Assembly (NCBI RefSeq): GCF_032191835.1
Contig: NC_083238.1
Coordinates: forward strand, 7,812,001-7,876,000
Origin: Heteronotia binoei
Lineage: Eukaryota
DNA: 64,000 nt
Direction of reading: 5' to 3'
The translations under genes were made by a program, and so were the position numbers. How positions within the stretch are numbered: position 1 is the first letter of the stretch; every line of letters begins with the position of its first letter. The notes beneath the pieces were generated by a model that saw nothing but the letters and a program-made list of their open reading frames with translations, did not search any database and was not told where the DNA came from. This document shows, in pieces, positions 36,581-49,286 of the stretch.

Positions 36581-38118
36581 AATCAAGTCATTGCCCTCTG
36601 GCAATGTATCATCCCACTTTAGGATATGTTTTGTCTTATAAATATGTCACCCTGTTGCCACAGCAGTATGTGTTTCTGCATGTGTTCTTGGACCTCCCTC
36701 ACACCCCTACTTGTTGGTGAATCCTCCCTCACTTCCCAAAATGCTGACCATTTCCTGCTCAACTTTGCTGCTTTCATGGCCTTCTTTGAGATTAGTAATT
36801 ATCACCCATCCCTATAACACTTTCCCCTTTTCCTCCCTGATTCTCCTTGTTTCTGCTGCTCCATCTGACCCCCCCTCCCCAGAAAGATCTTTAACAGAGT
36901 TGTACAATCTAAACAGAGCTAGGTGGGTTGGAGTGTGGAAAGGCTTGCTTCTTCCTTTTGCTTCTTCTTTTTCTCCTCCCTTCAGTTGATCTGCATTTTC
37001 AGAAGAATAATTTTTTCCAGCGGTAAAAGACTGCAGGAATATAAAAGAATGCAGGAAAAGCCTATATATTGTGCACATATCGCTAAATTTAGGCAAATCT
37101 CTCTCAGTCTAATATATATCTTAGGAGTGCTGCAAGGATAAAATGGATAACCAACATGTACATTGACCTGTGCTTCCGAGGGGAAAAGCAGGATACATAG
37201 AATAATTGGATCTGAAGGTGCTCTCGTGCAAGCGGGAGACACTCCCGCTCATGTAGGGGGATTATCAATGTTTGCTGAATCCCTTTCCTGCTTCACTCTT
37301 CCTGTTTCACACTTCAAAGGATTCTGGAGAATCTTCCAGCTCACAGGCAAATGCTCAGAGGAGGGTGAAGCACAAAAATCTTCCTGTGCCAGCAATTTCA
37401 CTCATAGTCCATTGTATCCAAGCTCAAAATTACCACAGGGGTCACTCTGAAAGACAACCAATACAATTGCAGATAGGACTGACATTGTTGCTGAACACTG
37501 GAAATGAATGGCAATTTTATCATGCACATGGTTTTATATTGGAGGAGAAAAATCCTATTTAATCTCTTTGAACAGCTACTGGACAAGTTAGCCAAGGTCA
37601 TGTGAGATGCTTTACTTTTGCAAGTAGCTATGACCAGGGAGACACTGATCTTTCTCACTTTTATGATATATCGATAATAAATGATATGATAACCTCAGTT
37701 GAATTATTGAGTGTTTTTACATACATGAATGGCAGAGAAAGGAAGCAACTGAAAGTTAACTTCTCTGTTTTTGTTTTTGATGGATTCGAAGAACGGTGTG
37801 ACCAACAGTGCATTGGAATCTGCAGAAGAGTTTCTCTTGCCAAATAAGAGAACAGCCAAATAAAACTTTGATAATCCCAGTGACGCTATGTTCACCATGA
37901 AAATCACCAGGTCATGGTTTGCCAGCCAAGGTTTATACCTATCCCTGTCAATTACTCTCCAGGTGGTTATTGGAAGGTTCACGAAGCTCATGGTGGGTAG
38001 TGGGAGGGGAGTAAAAGGGATTGTATACAATGACTTGCATCTATTTCAGTCTAACAGCTGATGGGAACACCAGCCCCACTATTAAGCTAAAATGGATGCA
38101 AACCATTTCAGTAATCCC

Positions 38119-38297
38119 TTTCACCCCTCTCCCGCACTTCCAAGTGTGGGGGAGTGAAATGGAGGGTATAATGACTTGCAGCCATTTAAACCTAATGGCT
38201 GGGTGGGTCCACCCAACAGCTGTTAGGTTTAATAGCTGTGAGCCATTAAACCCCTCCATTTCACTCCCCCTCACACTTTGAAGTGGGGAAAGTGAAA
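38119..38297. repeat. Fold-back (palindromic) element
   Basis: cacttccaagtgtgggggagtgaaatggaggg...ggtgggtccacc...ccctccatttcactccccctcacactttgaagtg, with a further partial arm copy at ~38005-38065. Confidence 0.75.
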
Positions 38298-38378
38298 CAC
38301 CCTTCCTGGGTGACCCTCCTTTTCTCCTGGCTGCAGCTTGCCAAAGTTGGGAGAAAACCTAGAGTTCCACAATGAAAA

Positions 38379-39264
38379 ATGGAAATACAGCAAAAATGTG
38401 GAAAAATAACGAAAGAATCCTGAAAATACTTAACAATTCAACAATGTATATTCAATGGAAATTCAGCACTGTTACAATACAATTCATTAAACTTCTACGA
38501 AAATTCATTCTATTCTACAAAAATTCATACAACACTAATGCAATGTGCAAAGATAGAATTAAAGTTCATAAAAAGACTCTCAGCTTGAATGTGTCAATTT
38601 CTTGACTTTAAAGTGCTCATAGACATTCACCCGACTCCGCGGGAAGCATAAAGTGCTAGTGCGGTCCGAATTTCGAATGCAGATGATTCAGTTCTGGAAA
38701 TTCCATCTTCAATCTTGCAGATGTTAAATTGAAACTTTCATCAATTATGAAATTGTTGAAAATAGAGGGTCAAAATAAGCCTCAACAGTAAAGCTGCCTG
38801 TGATACTGTTTCAGATTCCTTTGTCTAAGGGACTCTTCCCACAATCCATCATCCAATGAAATGCTTCTTACAGCACTAGCTCTAGAGGAAACTCATAATT
38901 GATGAAAGTTTCAATTTAACATCTGCAAGACTGAAGAAAGAATTTCCAGAATTGAACCGTCTGCATTCGAAATTCGGACTGTACTAGCACTTTATTCTTC
39001 CTGCGGAGTCGGGCGAATGTCTATGAGCACTTTGAAGTCAAGAAATTGACACATACAAGCTGAGAGTCTTTTTACGAACTTTAATTCTATCTTTGCACAT
39101 TGCATTAGTGTTGTATGATTTTTTGTGGAATAGAATGAACTTTTGTAGAAGTTTAATGAATTATATTGTAACAGTGCTGAATTTCCATTGATTATACATT
39201 GTTGAATTGTTAAATATTTTCAGGATTCTTTTGTTATTTTTCCACATTTTTGCTGTATTTCCAT
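38379..39264. repeat. Large inverted repeat: two 372-bp arms with a 142-bp spacer
   Basis: 38379-38750 vs the reverse complement of 38893-39264: about 22 mismatches by manual count and no indels seen. Confidence 0.92.
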
Positions 39265-42200
39265 GGCTGGGAGAAAGGCAACCCAAACTATCTGGATCAG
39301 TTTTGCTCAGTTCAGTTCAAAGTTTGGGGCAGAAACATCCCAAACCAGAATTTTTTGGGTTTATACCCATCCCTAGTCTGAATAATAACCAGAGACATGT
39401 ACTTTACAAGAAATAGGTATAATTTATAGCTATTAAGGCTAACATTTGACTTCTAGATATTTCAAGAACTGTTAGCATAATCATCCCTTGCTACATTTTT
39501 CCAAATGGCATTTTATAATAATGTAAGGTCAGAATAAACAATGCAATCAACTGAATGAATAAGTCATAAGAGAGCTGTCCATATATTTTCCTATGGAAAC
39601 CGCTCCAGCAGTCTTTTGCATTGAATTTTTATTCATTTTCCAGACAGCTAATTGAAACCTAGTACAGCACTAATCAAGTTTCTGGTCAAACATCTGGAAT
39701 TTGCCGTAGCTAAATACTAGTTACCTAAAAGCACTGGCAATGGTGTGGGAAGAATTGTTATCTGCGAAAACCCAGTAGCCAGGGACAGCATATTATTGTC
39801 CCACTTTTTTCAGTTCCTTAAGATTTTTCTCTGTCTGAAAAATGATATATGCCAAAATCTGAGTTTGGAGGAAGAACCCCCCCCCCCCGAAAGAAAAACA
39901 AAATATCAACATCATATAGTATAATTCTCCTGTTGTGGTGGCACATCTAACCATCCTGATTTGTTGGGGCTTGGTGGGACTGTACGGTACAAGCCTTCGG
40001 CCCATCAAACTATCAGTCAAGAATATTTGTGTGCCATTGGTTGAGTCCACTCCTCTCTCCCACCTGAGTGACTGTTGCTAGCCAGCAAAACTGATTTTGT
40101 CAATGGAACGCAACCAACCTTAGAACTGGCAGTTACTGCGGGAACACACTATTGGTCCATCACATGTCAGTCACCATCTCTGGCCATTCATTGGCTAACT
40201 CCCCTGCCCCCACTTACTGCTGGCCCAGGAATTTGAACAAACTGCTAAAAGCAGTCTTATCTCAGAGACAGCAACGTCTCCAACTATTCTTTGGCAACTG
40301 GCCTCAGAAAGGGCTGCAGAGCCACTGTGGCCTCACAAAAGGCCCTATCAACTGCCCACACAGACAGCCTTCCAGTACACATAGCCTTCAATAGCCACTG
40401 CAATAGTCAGGGAGCCTGGCGCTGTCTCAAAGGGCATGGCTGACCCACCTTTACTGTCTTTCCTGCCTCTTTCCTATCACTCCCTCTCTGCCTCCTCCTT
40501 CAGCCTCGCCCCAGGATGGTTGCCTGAGAAAGAGATAGGGTTGTTGTTCAGATCAAAGGGGGGAGAGGAATGAGAAGAATGATGTAAGCTTAGGGTTGCC
40601 AGCCTCCCGGTAGGCCTGGAGATCTCCTGCTTTTACAACTGCTCTCCAGCTGACAGAGATCAGCTCCCCTGATCTCCAGCTGACAGACCAGAAAATGATT
40701 GCTTTGAATGGTGGACTCTATGGCTTTGTACCATGCTGAGGTCCTTCCCCTCCCCAAATCCTGTCCTCTCCCAGCTCCCCCCCCAAAGGAGGATGTATGA
40801 GTTCAGGCTTCGGAGTGGGGTCTGCCAGACACAGGTTCTTGCTGTGGAAGCTGGCTAGGTGATTTTGGACCAGGCACAGACTTCCAGCCTAAACTGCCTC
40901 ACAGGGTTGTTGTTCACATGGGGAGAGAGGAGAATGATGTAAACTGCTTTGGTTTCACACACCCACACCTGTGAACAAAGACTGTCCTTTTCCTATGTAG
41001 AAGGGGAAGGTGATGGAAACCTGAACTCAGAGGGGCAAATAAAAGGAAGGAGATAGGATTGCCAAATCCAGGTTAGGAAATTCCTGAAGATTTAAGGGGT
41101 ATGGCCTGTAGAGGGTGGGATTTGAGGAGGGATAGGACCTCATACAGGTACAATGCCATTTCCTCCTGGGGAACCACTGGAGATCCCTCAGATTTACAAC
41201 TGCTTTCTAGATGGCAGAGATCAGCTCCCCTTGAGGTGGGGGAGGGGAGTCAGTGCCTTCACTTGGGTGGGCGAGGTGGTGAGCTTTCACCCAGAGCCTC
41301 CTTCTAGAGCCTGTTGTATTTTTCCTCACGACAGGCCTTACTCCTAGTAAATACATAAATCCTGAACATTCATTGGCATAACTCTTTTAACCTTACTGTG
41401 TTGCTCCTGTTTTTGTAATGTTGTTTTTATGATATTATTTTACTGTTGTTTTACTGTTTTAAGCCACCCTGAGCCCGCTTGTGGGATAGGGCAGGATATA
41501 AACCCAAAAATTAAATTAAATTAGACTTTTCCCAGTCAATCCCTACTTCAGTCTCCTCAAAGGAAACCTTTTTCCTGGAAAGGAAAAAAAAAAAAGGAAC
41601 AATGTAGATGCTTTGAAAGTTTTCCAGTCAATAGCTCTAACTTCTTCTGTCCTTTTCCAACCAACATTATATGCATTGTATAGCATTATTACATGCCCCG
41701 AAAGAGACTTCAGTGTCTCCCTGTCTTCCTACTGCTTAACATTACAAAAGCAATCAGAGAATCACTAACCAAGTGTGTTATTTTTTGGTTCATATGCAAA
41801 GGGAAGTGTGAGAAGGTGTGATATACAAGAATTTCTACAGAGAAAGCCAGAAACTAGGTGAAGCAATGAGCATTAAAGAAAAGAGTGTCTCCTGACTTCT
41901 AGCACAGAGGTAATATGAGCCAAGAGCTGGATGGCATCTAGACCTCAGCTTTGGTAGAGGTATACAAGCATCAACAAGCTTATTCACTAGTTTGGACGTG
42001 GGGAGTTCAGAAGCAAACTTTCCCAGTTCAATGAACCTGAGCCACCGGGAGGCCAAGCGCAAGCTCTGTCAACTGTTCCATCCGCTAAAGCTTGGATCCA
42101 GGCATTTTCTGTTTGCTGCCCTGGAATAGCCTCCAGGAAGAGATAAGGAAGTCACCTACACTTAAGTGAGTCTATAAAAGGTTATATTTAAGAAACATTA

Positions 42201-42595
42201 TAGGGCAGCTTGAAGGTTATCCATTTGGGCTCTGTCTAATCTATTATAACCATTTGTTTTAATTATTTTAAAATACTTTATTTTTAATGTTATGTATTGG
42301 TGCTACCCACCTTGGGTCCCGACTGTGTTGGAGGAAAGGCACAGTATGAAAATATCTTAAATAAACAAGTAATAAACTGCCTCTGAAGCTCTGGCTTGAC
42401 TCATAACGGGCTTAGCCCAGAGGTAGTCTTCTGGGATGCAGGCAGCTAGTCTCTTTCCTTTCTCATGCAAACTTGGCAGATGGCTGCAAGGCATTTATGT
42501 GAGGCCTTTGTTAGCCATTTGGAACTGCCACGGCAGTGTCTTTTACACAAAGGTGATTGGAAACATATTTTCCACGGATGAAGACATCCTAAGTA

Positions 42596-42910
42596 GGAAA
42601 GGAAAGGTCCCCCGTGCAAGCACCAGTCATTTCCGACTGTGGGGTGACGTTGCTTTCACAACGTTTTCACGGCAGACTTTTTTACAGGGTGGTTTGCCAT
42701 TGCCTTCCCCAGTCTTTTACACTTCCCCCCCCCCCCCCCCAGCAAGCTGGGGACTCATTTTACCGACCTCGGAAGGATGGAAGGCTGAGTCAACCTTGGG
42801 CCGGCTACCTGAATCCAGCTTCCACCGGAATCAAACTCAGGTTGTGAGCAGAGAGTTCAGACCACAGTACTGCAGTACTGCTGCTTTCCCATTCTCCGCC
42901 ATGGGGCCTC
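42596..42910 (+). mobile_element. Sauria SINE, full length
   Basis: ggaaaggaaaggtcccccgtgcaagcacc ... ctccgccatggggcc, with an expanded C-run. Confidence 0.93.
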
Positions 42911-44149
42911 TCATCAGAAATAAGAGCTACACAAATTCATGTTCTGAAATGCCACCAAAGTTCCAAAGGTTTAGTTTGGAAGAGAATCACCCCTTATTAA
43001 GAGAATCAAATCATTCTTTGACTGTCTTAATTACTGAATGCAAAATTCTATAATATTGTACAGATTTTAATTGTTTGTTGTGGTTTTATGCTGTGAGCCG
43101 TCCTGAGCCTGCCTTGGCAGGGCGGGCAGGATATAAATCAAATAAAGTATGAGTTATAAACTGGGGTCAAAAGACACAAACCTGATTACACAGCCTACAT
43201 TAGACCTGCATCAGACTAAATAAAACTGAAAAATCTGAGTATAATTAGAAAGATAGACAAGCAGCAACGGTAAGGTATCAAAATGTAAGGAAATACATGG
43301 ATTGGAAAACCAAGTCTCAAGACAGCATGGTGTGGAGCAATGAAGTGGATAATATTGCAGTAAGCATGAAAGGCATTAATGGAATAAATGAGCTGGTGCA
43401 CTCTATTATATAAATACCTATACTCAGACAACGTGATATATTTATTATATGGTCTATACAACATAATAGCTCTCCAAAGTAATTCATATGCAGATAGAGT
43501 CTGTATTTATGTAAGATATTAAAATTAATTGCTTGATAGATGAAGCAGGTAGAAGAATCCATTATAAAAAGGTTTTTAATCAAGCAGCATATAGGGTATG
43601 AGTCATTCATTGTGTAATTATGCTTTTTGAGAGCACACATCTGCAATCTGCACAGAGGGGAATTTACACATCTCAAATATATCCAATGTCTGGTAGCAGC
43701 TACTCTTTTTCTTAGCGTGGATTAAAAACAAACTACAGGTCCTTTCCTGAAAGTTGCTCAATTGAAATCCCATTTCTTCTCAGACAAGTTGCCCATAATG
43801 AGACGTCCATAAACATGTATTCTCGTGTGTTTTGAATTTACACAGGCACCACCGAGTTAGATGATGAATAATCATATTTATAAATTTATGGAAAACCTTT
43901 CAAGTCTCTTACAATGAGGGAAAGGCAATGCCATTTTGTAGGTAACTGTAGTTCTTTTGGAGCTTTTGGAATAGTAGTTGTTTGCATTTTGGATCAGTTT
44001 GGGCAATACCTACTTGTTCTAGAAGCAAAAAAAAAAAGAGGGCATCCTGTGATTTTCTTGAGCTGCTTAACAATCATTTATAGTATATTGCTCAAGAGAT
44101 AATAATTCATTTTCTTCTTTTAGCCTTCACATCATGGCCACCTATTATT

Positions 44150-44318
44150 TATCACCATCTTATTTAGCTGCATATTTTTTGAGTGGGGGCAAAAGTAAAA
44201 AAATGGTGTGTGTGTGTGTGTGTGTATGTATGTATATATATGTGTATGTATATATATATCCACCATTTTTTACTTTTGCACCCACTCAAAAAATATGCAG
44301 CTAAAAAAGATGGTGATA
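44150..44318. repeat. Fold-back with ~70-bp arms around a (TG)n/(TA)n microsatellite
   Basis: TATCACCATCTTATTTAGCTGCATATTTTTTGAGTGGG...CCCACTCAAAAAATATGCAGCTAAAAAAGATGGTGATA, with TA-rich flanks. Confidence 0.8.
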
Positions 44319-45033
44319 TATATATATAAAACCATTTTTTTTAATATGAAGATATAATAAACACCTCCTTTAAATAACAGAATAAATTGTGTTGACTTCT
44401 ATGAATTCTTAATAGTAACACTTTTACAGTATCTTATCCATCATTAGCTAAGCATCCCTCCTAGAATGCCTTTTGTTGTAGGGAGCTAAGAGAGCTCATA
44501 GCCAGACATGCATGTTCGATATTAGGAAGACAGACTTTAAGGAACGCAGAGGCATGATGGGAGTCATTACTTGGCAAAACATACCAGAAAGGAGTGGAGC
44601 AAGTGAAGGGTGGGCTCTCCTAAAACAAGAGCTATTGCAAGCTCAAGCGATCAATATTCCAGTAGACTAAATGTGGTGGGGAACTCACTATGATGGGTAG
44701 GCTTCCCAATCCCCAGGTCCCAGCGGGGGATCCCCCAGTTTTACAGGCTTCCCCCTGCCCCCAGCCAGCTGGCCGGTGGGGGGTAAGCCCCTCCCCCACA
44801 GCCACCATGTACCTGTAGATCTCCAGCAGACTTAGAAACCTGCAAACAGATCTGGTTTTAAAATGTGTGTGTGTCTTTAAAGCTGAGCATGAAGCAGGAA
44901 GTACTTCATGGGGAAGGGTCAGCAGCAGATGTCGTCAGAGCACAGCTCAGAACAAGTAAGTGTCTGTGTAAAAGAGAGCAGTGTAGCCCCTGTACTTTTC
45001 AGACCTCATTGTGGAGGCACCAGAGACAGTTAA

Positions 45034-45064
<31 letters not shown>

Positions 45065-45181
45065 CAGCACAGAAGTTTTTGTAGGAGCCAGTAAGAGGGT
45101 GTGTGTCTCTGTGCTTGTTTTGCATTGTTTTCAGAGTCTTTGTATAGGAACCTGTTTATGTAGGGTTGTTAATCCCCAGGT

Positions 45182-46444
45182 GGGGCAGGACAAGCAGGTT
45201 AACAAACCTCTGTGTAAACCAGCCTCAGACATTATACAGATTTGAGTTTACTAAACATGATATAGAATTAATATTCCATATTGAACCATGTCATTTCATA
45301 GAAAAAGTGCACAAGGAACATCAGCCTCTCACTCAAGGTCACTTCAAAGGCAATTAATGTCCAAATTTTAGAAAGTGGGTGCAGGCAGTAATTCCACAGG
45401 TAGAGTTTTCCACGGAGACCAAAGCCCCTGATGATCTCTTCTGTACAGCAAGGCATACAAATTGAAACGTGACGCGGCTTTACTTATTCTTTTTAAAAAT
45501 GCTGTTACGAACTCCAAACAACTAAAAAAAAACCCTGTCAAAACATTACACTTTAAATATTAACATAAAATATAATGAAGAAGAGTCAAAAAGAAGGTAA
45601 AAAAGGTAAAAGTAATCCCCTGTGCAAGCACCAGTCATTTTCGACTCTGGGGTGACATTGCTTTCACAATATTTTCATGGCAAACTTCTTATGGGATGGT
45701 TTGCCATTGCCTTCCATAGTCATTTACATTTTACCCCCAGCAAGCTGGGTACTCATTTTACTGACCTCAGAAGGATCAAGGGTTGAGTCAACCATGAGCC
45801 AGTTACCTGAACCCAGCTTTCACCGGGATCAAACTCAGGTCGTGAGCAGAGCTTGGACTGCGGTACTGCAAGTTACCACTCTGCACCACGGGGCATAGCC
45901 AATATTGTGACCACAATGGTACACACACCAGGAGGAAAACTTGAAATAAACTGGCTGGTAGAAAGAGCCAAACTAAACTAGTAGTAGAAAGTGAAACTGA
46001 TCTTACTGTGTTAAAAAAAAAAGTTAGGTCTGAGTTTAATAAAAAATTGACCATACTAAATGGAAATGATCGTAAGCGTCAGCACCTGAAATATGTTGAA
46101 CAGTTTCAGAAGCTCATAGAAACTATCGCGAAACGCGGAATAAGGACAGCTGCATCACGTTTCATTTTTTATGCCTTGCTATACAGAAGAGATCATTGGG
46201 GCGTTGGTCTCCGTGGAAAACTCTACCTGTGGAATTACTGCCTGCACCCACTTTCCAAAATTTGGACATTAATTGCCTTTGAAGTGAATTTGGATGAGAG
46301 GTTGATGTTCCTTATGCACTTTTTCTATGAAATGACATGGTTCAACATGAAATATAAATTTTATCTCATGTTTAGTAAACTCAAGTTTGTATAATTTCTG
46401 AGGCTGGTTTATGCAGAGATTTGTTAACGTGCTTGTCCTGACCC
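45182..46444. mobile_element. Unclassified element with ~307-bp terminal inverted repeats, containing a Sauria SINE
   Basis: 45182-45489 is the reverse complement of 46138-46444 (GGG(T)CAGGACAAGCA.GTTAACAAA...GGTAGAGTTTTCCACGGAGACCAA...), with moderate divergence. Confidence 0.8.
45597..45895 (+). mobile_element. Sauria SINE, full length
   Basis: aaaaaggtaaaagtaatcccctgtgcaagcaccag ... ctctgcaccacggggc. Confidence 0.92.
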
Positions 46445-46789
46445 ACTAACCGCGTTACTCTTTGTTGGTTGCACAATTTCTTGAATTGGACTTGGCGACC
46501 TTAATGACGGGGGAAATTTAAACTCCAACAAAAGAAGCCCAAATAAAGAAAATAGATTCACATGCTTTATTCTTGAAATATAACATCTATTGGTTAGCCA
46601 GGGCAGGTTTCTGACACCCAAAAAAATCCACAGCAGTTGCAAAGCAGAGATATAAGGAAAATAAACTCTCTTGCTAGGGCAGAATGTCCTTAGGAGAAAA
46701 TACAGATAAAATAGCACAGCATGTAAGGCATTTATTTCTTGAATAAAATTAAGCATTAGTAATAATGTATATATATTGAATATAAACCA

Positions 46790-47305
46790 TAATCTCTTCT
46801 TCAACTAAAAGTGAATTTTTCTCGCCTTTCCCCCCTTGCAAGACATCTCACTGCATCATCATAATTTATGGTATTTGCCACATCACTTTTAATAGACAAT
46901 ATAGCTTGATAAATGCTCCTGGTACATTGCTGACCTGAGATAGGTTTTTATAAGCTTCATTTTGCTAAAACTTCTCTCACAGGATGCTGATGTTGTTGAT
47001 AGAGTGGCATACATTCATGATGCTATACTTAAGTTAGGAAATGCATCCTGTAAATCATTTGTGTAAATCATAGATAATAAATCTAGGCAGCTCATTTGTT
47101 CTGTATTTTTTAAAGTATGACTTTGATCTCTGAATGTTTCAAGTTCACATTTAAATTTGTCAATATTTAAGTCCTCTGAATATTTTTTTGACAAAGGTTT
47201 TGCATCCACCATTAAATCTGCACAACTCATTTTCATTAATTTTTCACCATCAAGAAAATAAAAATCTGTGTTTAGTCTTTTGGTGTTTTCAGTTCTTGTA
47301 TGCAA
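46790..47305 (-). pseudogene. hAT transposase C-terminal remnant (hATC dimerisation domain), with stops and frameshifts
   Basis: Minus-strand translation ...YSEDLNIDKFKCELETF...SCLDLLSMI...DAFPNLSIAS*...SASCERSFSKMKLIKTYLRSAM.QE matches the FPNL..A..I..T....S.ERSFS.LK..K..LRS.M hAT signature. Confidence 0.88.
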
Positions 47306-48688
47306 TTCTGTTAGTGGGCCAGTAATTCTCTCTCTGAGGTAAACTTACCTCATAAAGCTATTGTGAGCATAAAATGTAAAAGGGGACTGCAGGGCCTCCT
47401 TGAAGGAGGGGAGGGTAGGATAAAAGATCAAATTGTGAGAATAAAAAAGGAAGAAGGATGAGCCTGCACTCCACAGAAGAAAGTTCTGGAGCTCAAGAGC
47501 TGATCAAATCCCACCCTTGCACATTTTGACTCCAAACTTTTATCCTCCCTTTCATCTGTATCATCAATGATCCATTCATTATTTTCCACACATTAATCTT
47601 CTTTATCTAATTATCCATCATTTACCTTGCTGATAGATCTGCCCCCCACCCTTCTCCAGGCATTCTTTCTCTCCCTCTGGTATCTGCTTTTCCCTCTTCC
47701 CAGAGGGCCAGTTTCTTCGTCCAGTCACCTCTTCCCCTTTCTTCCCAAGTAACATTTGTCTCACTTTCCCCTTTCTGATCTCTTTTTCCTTATATATTCT
47801 ATCAGTTCCCTCCAGGTCCATTACTTCTCTTCCTCTCCCATCCATAAAAACAGCTGGGAAGGATTCATCCCACCATTCTGTTTCCAACAGCAGCCAGCCA
47901 AATCCCTCTAAGATGCTCCTGAATAAGACCTCTCAATAGCTTTTCTCCCCAGCCACTGACATTCTGAGATAGACAGACGGCTCCTGCCGGTGGAAGCGCC
48001 ATTTGGCTATCACAGCTAACAGTTTTCAAGGGACTTGTCCTCTGTGACCATCCATTCCCCTCCCACTTTTATAGCTAGCTAAGCAAGTGGCCATCACTAG
48101 ATCCTTGTGGCAGTGAGTTCCACATGCTCTCCCCCCACCCACCCCCACAATCCAGTGCATTCTCCATCTCAGTCTATCAAACAGCACCCTCATGGGACTT
48201 AAATCTGCTTCTCATCCCCCCCCCCTTCCATTTCTCTCAATTTCCCCCAAAAGAGCCTGGTTCTCCCCCCAAGTCCATGATGCCTGCTAGTCCACCTCCC
48301 CTCCTACCTTGTCCTTGCATCTACTACAACTTTCCAATTCTCTGTTGACTTTACACTACCCAACTTTTAAGAAGCAAAATGTGCTGCCAGAACAAACTGA
48401 GATCTAGCAGCAAGGAATTACTTACATCCTATGAATGCTTAGTAGTTGTACCCACTAACTACCAAGCTATATTTTCAGGGGCAAAATCTTCAGGAGAGGT
48501 ACTATGTGTCAATGGTAGCATCCCTCCTTTACAGGCAAAAGGTTTCAGATTCAGTCCTAGGGATCTCCAATTAAAAATATCAAGTAATAGGTCACTTGAA
48601 AAACCTGATGCCTCTGAGATCAATGGCAGATGCAGTTGACTATACTGATCTTGATGGAACAATAGTCTGATTCAATATAACAATATAA

Positions 48689-48765
48689 CAGGGGTGGCCA
48701 ACGGTAGCTCTCCAGATGTTTTTTTGCCTACAACTCACATCAGCCCCAGTCATTGGCCACCCCTG
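48689..48765. mobile_element. Short hAT MITE (same family as 6217) inserted in an old tRNA-SINE (~48500-48790)
   Basis: TIRs CAGGGGTGGCCAA/TTGGCCACCCCTG with TSD CAATATAA (two copies on the left, one on the right). Confidence 0.9.
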
Positions 48766-49286
48766 CAATATAAGGCATCTTTGTGTATTCACCTCATTTC
48801 AGAATGAAGATATACCTTTGAATGTTCTGACATATAAAAGATGAACATATCTGGGACATATTTGTAATGTATCTGTTTCCCTGTTGTGAATTCTCTATAT
48901 GCAGGGAGTGCTAAAGTTTATAGAATGGAGACAATGTGAGTTGCAGCCACTGAAAGTTTCTTCTGTTCTTCTGAATTGGGATACAGCACTTTGAAGTTTA
49001 TTGCTTAATTTACCACCCGAGTCCTAGCTTCCATCCCAATACTTATATATAATTAGCATACAAGCTACAAGTTGCTTAGCCTGCTTAATTGTATTCCTTA
49101 ATGGGACTCTCCTCATTATTCAGCAATCCTTCACTGGTCTCTCAATGTAGCACAGTAATTTCCTCCCTACAATTGTGTCTTTATATTTTAAACTGAGGAA
49201 AGCGCACACTGAAGATTAGAAGTGTCATGACTCATCTTTATTTAACTGTGCTATAGAAAAATGGCTTCTATTTGGTTAGCATAGGC

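Noticed and set aside
42436-43053. 205-aa ORF
   Set aside because: Mostly a read-through of a Sauria SINE. The same peptide recurs at every Sauria copy (13862, 21415, 45677).
45268-46394. Two ORFs sharing GLRGKLYLWNYCLHPLSKIWTLIAFEV
   Set aside because: They are the two arms of one inverted repeat and have no recognisable protein motif.
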